Source of the DNA: the human T2T-CHM13v2.0 reference genome, Homo sapiens
Direction: 5' to 3' (one strand)
NCBI RefSeq assembly: GCF_009914755.1
Contig: NC_060931.1
Length of the DNA stretch: 64,000 bases
Within the stretch, counting starts at the first letter, position 1. Every line of letters begins with the position of its first letter. The position numbers and the translations under genes were made by a program. Of this stretch, positions 53,439 to 64,000 are shown in pieces. The notes beneath the pieces were generated by a model. The model was given only the letters and a program-made list of their open reading frames with translations. It did no database searches and was not told where the DNA came from.

Positions 53439-56400
53439 CATTCCCTAGTCAGACTCCTTATGTTCATGGCTTGAGCAGGAAAATATTGCCAAATATACCC
53501 CTTTCAAGAGTAGGAGAAAGAAAAAGTTTGCAATTCAGAAAGCTAGCATCACAGGGCTGTAAAACCATATCATTGTACCCTGAAGAAAATTAAACATATG
53601 GAATCCAGCTTAATTCCATGAATGCTGAGATTTCTTATGCCTCTGATAAGCTTCTGATAACCCATTTACTTCATCCCTCACAGTCAAAAAAGGTGAAATG
53701 AAACGTGATATAGTCATACTCTGTGTATGTCTTTCAGCATGCAGGCAAAGGCACTTGGTGCCTGGGTATTATGAGACGTTTAAGGGAATACAAAAGAGAC
53801 AGATGGTTGACTGAGTTTGGACAGCTCTATATCTGAGACAGAACATGGACAACAATGGGAAACATTCAAAGAAAGAAAAAAAAGTCTTTTCATTTTTCCA
53901 ATTCCAATTAAGAGGTTAACTCATTGTTTTTATTTGGTAATCAGAAGAACATACAAGTACTTATGCATTACTAGATGCTGGGGGAAAATTATACATTGAA
54001 GGACTGTCAGGCTCATCTGTGCAATAAAGATTTACAATAAACACATCATTAATTTTTCTGAGAACAGCTCAGTATACTCTGTTTTACATGAATCCTTATG
54101 ATTTAATCTTGTATTTGGAGATATGATGCTATGGCATTTGGATAACATTGGTTAAGCAGCATCTTAGAGAACAGAACACTCTTCCTCAGAATGGATGGCC
54201 ATTCTTTTACCCTGTGATGTACAAATGCAAATTACAACCTGCATTTTATCTGCCAGAAGTGTATTTCACATCATGGAAGTACATTCTATCACAACCATGA
54301 AATCAAAACAAGTCCATTATTACCATCTTCCCTTTTGGAAGAGCATTCTCAGAATACATCCAGAAATACCTTCCTTATTCCTCCAAAGAATTGTTTATTC
54401 AGCTAGTCATTGGTTGAGGTTTGGGTTTTGGTTCTGCTTGCCTCTCTCTTTTGAGTCTTGCTAAATGTTCTTGATAGTAATCCAGATATTTCTCACAAAT
54501 CCAGCTGAACAGCAGCAACATCTAAAGCTGAGGAGATGAGTTGAGTTTTCCATTCATATATGGCCAGTGCCCTCATCAGGAAAGAGCCTACAGACTCATG
54601 GTGAGTAGGGTGTCTTTAGGATGCTATGTATTTAATGCATAGGGTGCTACGCATCCTAAAGAGAAAAACCCTGTGAGAGCAAAAACTGTGCTGTACACTA
54701 AGGGAGGACAATAACAACATCATATTCACCTCTAGGTGACTCACCTTGCTTTGGGTAATTGATTTCCCATAAAGATTTCCTTTTTTCCTGCTTCCTTTTC
54801 CCAAGCTATTTCTGCCTCCCCATCTATCCCCAGCGACCTTTGACACCCAAAACTTTCCCATACGAATTGCATGGAACAAGGTGCTTTTATTTTTCCCATT
54901 ATTTTGTGTTTGTACGTGCTAAAATGATACTGCAAGCAGAATGGGTTACCTGGACAGAAGCAAAAGAAGGAATTTGTGAAGGGTAGAAAAATGGGAGGAA
55001 AAAAAAAGGAAAACATAAAGGAGAGTTTGAAAAAGGGAAGACATTTAAATTAGATGAGGGGAATCTGGTTGTACAGTGGGCACAAGAGCTGATAAAAACC
55101 TAACCAAGCTCTACAAATGAAAATAGCAAATATATTTTTGAAAATTTTATAGCATATAAAATTGTATAAAAATATCATCAAAGCAAGAAAAAAGGAAATG
55201 TATACTCTATAGTTCTACCTCTAGAATCAGTTATTGGACAATACCTATGGCTGTAGGTTTTTCCTATCCATCTATATATATTAATATAATATGTGACTGT
55301 ATTTCTGTACCATCACACATATACCCACTCAAAGACAAGGACAGTAGTACACAAATTCTACTCCAAGATAGGTCATGAGAGGGAAGCAAAGACTATACAA
55401 TGATGTGTCTCCAGGACAATCTATTTAAAACCCATTCTATAGCCATGGGGTTTTAATGGGCTTTATTTTAAATGAATTACCCTGCACCATAAACTGACTG
55501 AGAAATGATCCTGCAGGTTCAGAAGCCAGCACTCATGAAGAATACGTGGCTGAAGCTGACCAAAGCTGAGAGGATGAGTCTCCAGTTGGCACTGCCTCTG
55601 GCCTGCAACAGCCAGCATTCACCCCACAAAGGGGGACAAGGTCTCCTCAGGGGAGACTGAATGAGTGTGGCCTGAGCGAACTTAAAGGGCCCACACCCCA
55701 CTCCCTGCTTCTCCTGGCTGAGCAGATGGCAGCCCAGGCTGGGTGCAAGTACAGTTAGTGAAGCCAGCCATTGCCAGGGTTAATCCACTTCTGCTTGGGA
55801 ACAGAAGCCAGAATAAACATGAATTCATGTCAAATATGTCTGGCAATATTTTCCAAAAAATGACTAGGGTGGGTATTTAAGAAAACAATCAGGAATTAAT
55901 ATGTTTAAACTTGACCATCATACATCTTTCAGTCCAGGTCATCCACTGCACAATCGTTCCTTGTTTAATATAAAAACAAGAAGCTATTTCAGTGGCACAA
56001 TTCTTGCTTAATTCAGACATTCCTGGAGAAGCAGCCAGCCTTTTCACAAATGTCCAAGGAGGATCTTTAGAGGCCTGCTTCCCATTTTTCTAATCTCCCT
56101 GGGAACATGTTCATGATCAGATAAACTGTCTAATGCAAATGACTCTGGTAACATTCTAACTCTAGTGTCACCTCTGTGCCCACTAGTGTCTTTGGTGAGA
56201 GAGAGGAAACCTTAAAAAGTAAAATCTGGCCTTGGCAGGTAATATGTCTCTTGATACCCAGAGGGAGGTTTTATAGGAATATTGTCATTGCTCATTATAA
56301 TTTTTTTCATTAAGTTCATTTTCTTAGTGATAATGAGGCCTTTAATCATGGATCACAGTTGATAAATTATTACTTTCCATTTGTTCATGCATAAGATCCA

Positions 56401-56784
56401 ATATAACATCATTATTGCAACATTATGTTCTTTAACATCTAACTTTGCCATGGTTTGGTGCTGTACCAATCATATTATTGGTGGAGCAGAACTATGCAGT
56501 GATTCCTCATGCTGCACATAGAGAATCTATTTGCTGTAGGAGAGTCTGTTTAAGGTTTTAAAAGTTTCCACTCGGATTCTCAGTAAATCCACTGACGTTT
56601 TATATAGATTGGTGTCATCTTCCCTTTTGGAAAGACATTCTCAGATAAATCCTGTTTTAGTGCTTTTTTTTTTTTGTATTGTTCTGTTTTTTTCTTAAAT
56701 CAAGAGGCCATAGAGAAGTTTTTATTTTATTTTTTCCATAAATTTGGCTATGACAATTTCTCCCAAATTACCTGCAATTTCCTA

Positions 56785-56900
56785 TCTCTGGTAATAAGCT
56801 ATTTGTGTGAGTAGGGTATGCCTGCATATACTTAGAAGATAAGCCTTTAGCAGTGTGCTTGGCATATAGAAGTTGAATAAATTTTCAGGGAAATTTGAAT
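56785..56900 (+). mobile_element. L2 3' end
   Basis: gtgcttggcatatagaagttgaataaat. Confidence 0.5.
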
Positions 56901-57273
56901 TTTGTTTGCATTCACAAGTGGATAGTGGAATTCAGTTAGACGATTTTGAATGTGTTTCCTGAATGCTGACCGTGTTCCAAACACTGTGGTGGGCCAGCAC
57001 TGCGTCTCCTGTGGGGTGTGTGGGCATCTCAGGATCAGAACAAAGTTTCCAATTAGGAAAAAAATTGTTGCCTGAATTCCCTAAATTCTCTTTATTTGGG
57101 ATAGAACACCACATACACAGATTTCCAATCTTAGAATCTTCTCTATTTCACTATGAGAAAAAGATTTCATGCTTTTTTTCTATTGTTTTTCCTAGGCTCC
57201 ATGGGGAATGTTACAAAGTAATTTCCATCATCAAAGTCTCTGCTCATAGGTTAAGAAAGAAGAAAATATATTA

Positions 57274-57276
<3 letters not shown>

Positions 57277-57324
<48 letters not shown>

Positions 57325-57360
57325 ATCTATCTATCTATCTATCTACCTACCTACCTATCT
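57277..57360. repeat. Compound (TATC)n-ATC-(TATC)n-(TACC)n tetranucleotide STR
   Basis: Directly visible. Confidence 0.97.
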
Positions 57361-58697
57361 AAGGAAAAGTGACCCATGAGAGAAGTGATATTAAAATAAA
57401 CAGTATCCATACTTCCAAAATATGGATAACAAAAATTGGTCTTCAACTTTTGGATTACCGTCTCACATCCCATGATAATGTTGCTTTTTACTTTACACTT
57501 TTGTATCTAAAGGCATGGTTCCAAGTGGAAAATATAATACAATGGCTTAAATTCTACAAATGAATGAACACGTGCACTAGGTTATTCTTTGGCTTTCAGA
57601 TGTTTAGATATCATTTTACTGTTTAAGTGTATCAGATCCACAATGGGATCCTGTCAAATGTTTTCGGTAGTTTATAACAGCTCCAAAAATGAAATGGACA
57701 GTGGAAGAAAGTCCATTTGAATTTAATGGGTTAGAAATGAGTCTCTTGTCTGCTGCCATAAACTATTAGGGCTCATAACCTAAGAAAGATTGGCACAAAT
57801 AAAATATGGAACAAAGGCCTCGATAAGAATGGGTCATTATGCCACTGAAACGTACCACATTAACACAACTTAAATATAGAGCTATTTGGTGACATGGGGA
57901 CCCAAATTCAAGGGCTAACTTGTCACATTTTATCCAGGGACGTGTAGAGCGCATGGTTTCGTCTGTGGTAGGACTATCCCTATTGCTGTCCCCACATGCT
58001 AGTTAATTCTTAATTCAGGTGTGTAAGCCCTTGCTCTGTGTGTGTAAACCAGAGTAAGATGCCATAATCTGTGCAATAGAATAATGTTTGTCCCAAATTG
58101 CTGCTCAACTTGAAGAAAGCTATTTCAAGGGAATTAAAAGACCGCAGAAAATAAGCTAGAGCTTTGGAAATATTGCTTTTGCAGTCAGCACTGATTTGGA
58201 ATAATTACTTTAATGTTTTATCAGCTCCAGTATCAATTCATAGCATCATATAATATAGCATTTTGTATTTTTAATAGATAACTGCACTTTTACTCAATAT
58301 CCCTTCGAAACACTTTTTAAAGATTTAAAGCTAAGAGTGAGTTACATGGAGTTTTGTTTTGCTTCACTGAGAGTTTTAGGTGAAGTTCTTTATGGAATGA
58401 AATTCTCTTTCTATTCTTTTTCAGCTGATTAATGACTTAAAGCAAATGAAAAACATTTCCATTTTTATTGGTGCTAGAAAAAATGGCTATATTCCTGTTT
58501 CTTTTTCAAATGTTGTTTCTTGTTGCTTGTTAGATTATAAAATGGAAGCTGTAGACTTTCTATTTTGACTGGCCAAAAAGCCCCACATACAAAAATACAG
58601 AATATAAATGAGGTAAAAGGTCCAGGTTCCAAGGTCAAAAATTGACATACTCTTGGTTATATTTAATTTCAATACAAAATCATACCACCTCTAAGAA

Positions 58698-59072
58698 CAT
58701 AGCTTGCAAACCAATGCCCCATGGATTGAATGCAGCTCACAGGCATGTTTCATTTGATTAGCACAGTGTTTGTAAGTTTTTGAGTTAGTTGTCAATATGT
58801 AAAAATTTGGAGAGAGCTTATATCAAATCCTAGGTATCTAGGACCCCCATCCCCACACAGCTCAAATTCAGTTGCTGCCTACCAACTACCCTGTTTTGAC
58901 AGCACCCACCCTCTCCAATTTCTCACAGTCCCCATTGCTCCTTCCTGTCTTGCTGATACAAAGGCCCACTATGAATTGCCATTTACCACAATGACTGTGA
59001 TATTACATGGCTTGCTTTATTCATTTACTTGACCTGCTAGGCCCCTGAAGTCATTTGAATTTCTGGCCACAT
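58698..59072. mobile_element. MER102 (hAT-Charlie)
   Basis: gcacagtgttt...ttagttgtcaatat.taaaaa...cacagtcccca...ttcatttac..acctgc..ggcccctgaag.catttga. Confidence 0.75.
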
Positions 59073-62000
59073 TATGTGGTGAGGTCATTGTTATGAACAC
59101 AGGGAGCACAACAGAAAAATCTAAGTGTTTCTCCAAGGCAAAATGTAAAGCTGACAGAAGAAATCTGTTCAAATATCAGCATGCTGTTGTGCATTCGATA
59201 CTACAAAGTTCTTCAGATCTTTCTGTTGGGGAACATTTTGGCAAGGCAAAGGTCCAGAAAGACCACATACAGTCTCTTTCTTTCTGCCTGAAAAAATGCC
59301 AATATTTCACCTTAGTAATAAAAGGACGTTTAAATATCTGTTCTCGTGCTTTTTCATGTAGAAATTAAATCTGTAGTGGGGAATACACTTAAACCTATTG
59401 CCTAGCTCTCTTTCTATTACTAATCCCCACTTCATCATCAGCATATTCATGTGCTTCACTCTTGGGAAGGACTCAGAGATTCCTGTGTGACCAATAACCA
59501 CATTTTAAGAATCACTTTTATCTAAATCACATCATTTAGACTCATAAAATCCCACTTTACTTGCACTCCCTTAGATCCCACCTGTAATTTGGTCTCAAGG
59601 GGGCTGCAATGTTATTCTCTTTCCATGCTACATCTACTATTCTTATTTTTTATTCGTGCTATTAATCCACTTCTATCTTGTATTTTTAAAAACTCACTAA
59701 AATGCAAAGAATTATCTGCCATATCTCCCTGATACTAATTCCCTTAGCACTTTACTGAATAAAAAGAAGAGTGATGAAATAAAACCACAGATATCCAAAA
59801 GAAGATGTCCAGCCAGTGGTAAAAATTTCAGTAACCACTTAGTTATCGATGCTACCAGTGGAAACAATGGGTTCCCACTCAACAGTACAGTCACCAGCTG
59901 AACATTCAGGTTTATACTAATGAATGCACAGAGAAAATAAATTAGCCATCAAATAAAGATTCCTATAGAATAATCTTTTTTAGAAAACAAACAGAATTCT
60001 GTATTACAGAAGTGGGAAAAAAAGCATAAGAACAATTTTAAGTCTGAAAGGAAATTGGAGAAAACAAATGTTCCTGACTCAGGAAAGGAACCAGAGACTG
60101 GAATCATCATCTTTGCGGTGATGAATGTCAGCATGGCTGTATCATCAGTAGCCAGTGCAAAAATGACAACATTTAAAGTAACGGCATTGACAGTCATAAA
60201 ATGGCAATTACTGTGTGTGTGGCTTTTTTCAGGCCTCTCCCAGCATATCCAGGATGTCCATTCTCATCAGGCCAGACAGATGCCTTGAAAGCCAGGTCAT
60301 TAGCAAAGGATTTTGAGGATGCCCCTTCATGTTTTGTTTCTGTTTGAGTAAAAATCTCACGTTGTTTGTTTTGCTCAGGGGAATATCCCCCAGAGTTCTA
60401 AGACCTCAAACCAACCCCCAAAGATTCATCCCCTGGAAGGAGATGGTGTGAGGGAAGGCCAAGGGTCAGGGGGTGGGGGGCTTGTGTTTGAAAGTTGTAC
60501 ACCTTCTCCAGATATGGGTCTTTGTGGAAGAAGGAGAAGAAGGAGAATGAAGAAGCTCAGCTAGAATGATGCAAGACACTGGCAGCCTCTTTTATTGTCT
60601 ATGAGGTCTTTTTTACTCTTGTGAATCTGAAAAAAAGAAAAAGAAAAAGAAAAGTGTCAATGCTGCCTTTCCCCCCGCCCACCTCCACCCTCCAAGTCTG
60701 AGGAGAAGGAAATCTAGGGGACCAAAAAAAATGGGATAACCAATTAAACATTTCCATACTGGTCATTGCTGTCTCCCTTGTAACAAGATTTGTTCTATTC
60801 ATAAGGGGAAAATGTCAGTGCAAAACTGTAATATCAGTACATTTGAAGTCTTAATAGTTGCTGTAAACTAGATTAGCAAACATTTGGTCATGCAGTAGGG
60901 ATATTAAGCCACCTTCTTTTGCAATGGAGATGACGGTTTTGTTGCCAGATCTGGTCAATCTGTCTCAAGGGTCAGTGGGATTGGAAGAAATCAGATTCAC
61001 CTAATCCCAACTGTTTTCATATCAAAAGCAATACTCCTCCCTCTCAGAATTCTTGCCCCACCCTCAGAAGTTTCCCAGAGACATTTAAAGCAAGATGTAT
61101 CCTAGCCCAAATCATTTTGCAGATGGGTGAATCACCTGAGTTCTCCACTGGACCCAGAGCAAGGGGGTGGAGGAAGACGACAAAGATGGAAAAAGGACTA
61201 GGTTAATGAAAATAGACAATATTGTATTTCTTTTCAACTGGCATGCTCTACCCCATGTAACCTCAAAGGTCTTAGGCAGAATTTAAAACAACAACCACAA
61301 CAAACCCACCATATTATTTCTTCCAATTGGTGTTGCATGCTCTGCAAGTCATCATGCCTTATAGTTAGAAAGTGTTCCCTTCTATGCAGGGCTCCAGTTG
61401 GCTTGGACTTTAAGAAGGGTAACACTATTATCTACAGAGATGTTAGAAGCCTTTACAGGACAAGGAAAGTTTCCCATTCAACTTTAAAGACTAAGATACT
61501 CTCCTAAGATTTAGGTGAATTTAGCAGAAAACTCATTGGGAGATAGGAGAACTCCTTCTGATCTATTGTAATTACAGTCAATTCTCAATTTTCCAGGGGC
61601 CATTGATCCAAGCTTCCTGCTGTTCCTCTAACTTTATTATGTTCTTGATTGTTCATTATGTTTACCCTCCATTAACACCTTCACCCATTTGAGAGAAATA
61701 ACAGACAAAAGTGAGGCTTCATACCAATCACTTTACTCCAATACTAGCACTGATAAACTTGCCAGTGAGAGAAGGAGGTGAAACAAAAGCTGAAATCAAG
61801 GATGAGAAATTTTCCATTGATGTTGATAGTCTATGCACAGTTTGGTCCACATGGAATTGCAATACATGACTTTGTCCTTAGTACTCTGACCCTGCCATTA
61901 TCAACTTGGGATCATACGTCATGAGGCTTCTTTTAGAGAGTCATCATAATACTAACCACCTTCAGAGATGTCCCCAGACCCTCAAATGTAAAGCCCAATT

Positions 62001-62619
62001 TTGTTAGGATGACAGAAGGTTGGGTTTGATTTTTTAATAACAGACCCATTGGTTGGAAGGAAGCTAGAGACAGATAGCTGGGGACAGCTGATAAAGACCA
62101 CTATTTAACTCAGTGAGCCTCACCTGGCCAACAAGGAGAATGATGCACCTCCTGCAGACTGGGTTAGCAGAGACCCACGGTCCAGACTGCTGGGTCCCAG
62201 AGATGGAAAGAGGCCTATCTAGGGTCTTAATGAAATCCAAAGGCTGCTAAAACGAGATATTCCTCCATTTCTAATCACTGCTTATGGGTGAGATGGTGGA
62301 GTGTTCCCTCTGGCTGTGGATCTCCATCCTCCCCTCCAGCTTTGTGTCAAGGGGTGAAGGGAAAGGGTGAATAAAAGAAGTTTGTGTGTTTAAGCTGTGC
62401 CTGTGTTCATTGTCATTAAATACCACCAGCAGTAAAAGAACAAGAAGCATATGTTCTATAGCTGGGTCTGTGACGTGATGACCTGAGTCATCATCCCTGG
62501 CCTTCCCAAACACATGCCCTCTAAAAGTAACTTCTGTTTGTGAATTTCTTAAGGCACTTAAGAAATACCCTAAGGTCCCTATATCATAGCTACCTGCAAA
62601 ATAATGTTCCAACCCAGAC

Positions 62620-62750
62620 TGCTGACTCTTTGAGAACAGGGAAAACACCTCATTTATCGTTTATAACACTTCTTGCATGTAGTGCAATGCCTGACACATA
62701 GCATATGCTCAACAATATTTTTAATGAAAAAGAAGAGAATTGAATAAGCA
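62620..62750 (+). mobile_element. L2 3' end
   Basis: ctctttgagaacaggga...caatgcctgacacatag...gctcaacaatattt. Confidence 0.7.
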
Positions 62751-63757
62751 TGAGGAGGATGGGACTGATAAGGTGTGGTGATGAATAGGAGGTTTCCCTC
62801 CACCCTTTTTCTAATTTTGACTTTCACAGCATGAAACAAAAATTTAAAAGAAAATAATAAACACACCAATTATATATTTTATTCAATAGTAAGGTATGAT
62901 ATGTCAAAATATTTACATTCCCTATGAAGAAACCCAATTATGGATGGCTTTCTATGGAGCTAATCTCACAGAGAAGGAGCACCTGCTATCCAGGCAGCTT
63001 TGGCATGGTTTGCAAATCAGGCCTGGTCCTCTTTTCACTCCACATCCTATCTTTCATTGTGTTCTGGTTTTATGTATTTGTTTTCAATATAAACTGAAAT
63101 TCAGTAAGCATCAGCAAGACTACAAAGTATATGAAAATGAGGACCCTGAAGACAAAGTGTTAATAGGCCACTCTGTGTGTAACTGAGATGCATGACTTTT
63201 TGAAGGCCACAAAAAGTAGTTAAATCCTTCCACTTTTTAAAGAGTGACTGATGAATTGAAATGGAAACTTTCTTGCCACATCTTGGAATAATTCAGGAAA
63301 GTATTTAAGTGCCTGCCCCTTGACCCAAGACTTTTTATACCTCACAAGGTAAAGCTGTGAGAACTTTAAATCCTGAAGTGCAAATACATGGTATATGAAT
63401 TCACAGAAATGTATTTACTCTATAGGAGCATACAATCATGTTTCAGCAACTTCATTTAGAAAAATGGGAGACGGACTTAAAACAATGTGGCCTTATTTAT
63501 GGTACCATGCTGCTCCCAAAGGTAAGTGCAGATGCTGTATATAGGTCTTAAAACCATGTGATTTAAAGATAATTGGTTTTAGAAGAAGATTGAAGTTCAA
63601 TTTAACATGACTTGATTCTAAAGATGTGTTTATCCATTATAATGTTTATTCCTGGATCACAAATGGAGTGTCAATGAGGCAGCCCTCATAAGAATTTGCC
63701 ACTGGGCTTAAAAAATATTTTAAATGCATTTCTCTTCCATTTTTCTTGGATTTGATG

Positions 63758-63880
63758 TTTTTACAGCCTGATTCAACTATCACCTAAACTCAAAGAAGTA
63801 AGTTGACTTGGCTGAAGAGAGAGATGGGGTTCAAAACCAGATTTTCAGGTCCTAGGAACTCTGTACCATAGCTGCCTCCC
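63758..63880 (-). mobile_element. MIR fragment
   Basis: ttttacag...gaagtaagttgacttg...ggggttcaaaaccag...accatagctgcctcc. Confidence 0.45.
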
Positions 63881-64000
63881 TATGGAGTCAACTTTCTGCA
63901 AAAACAGCAAAGTGATACAGCACACACCTGACAAGTTATAAAACTCTAAATAGAAAAAAACGAATGAAGAATAAGTGTAGAGAAACCAAAACCAATTTGA

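Overview
This is primate (very likely human) non-coding genomic DNA, either intergenic or deep intronic. I see no protein-coding exon, tRNA/rRNA gene, CpG island or processed pseudogene, and I could not identify the locus. A large fraction is transposon-derived: 16 Alus plus a FLAM, two young 5'-truncated L1PA ends, old L1MB/MC/ME pieces, many MIR/L2 fragments, solo LTRs (MLT2D, THE1, LTR33, LTR8, MST, MLT1A0, LTR22/HML-5) and DNA transposons (MER2B, MER5A, MER20, MER47A, MER102, MER103C, MER104, Charlie). All repeat family calls come from recalled consensus sequences rather than a RepeatMasker run, so boundaries of old elements are approximate. The ORFs in the track are Alu-, L1- or microsatellite-derived, or chance. 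The most distinctive non-catalogue signal is a recurring set of template-switch/fold-back scars. These include a perfect 27-bp-arm hairpin (22759-22823), a ~105-bp local duplication remodelled into hairpins and flanked by an 8-bp direct repeat (33640-33791), and a 26-bp templated copy beside a fold-back (37340-37387). There are also several candidate enhancer motif clusters, candidate lncRNA exons, and an Alu-free final 16 kb. I cannot support a new biological system from this sequence alone.
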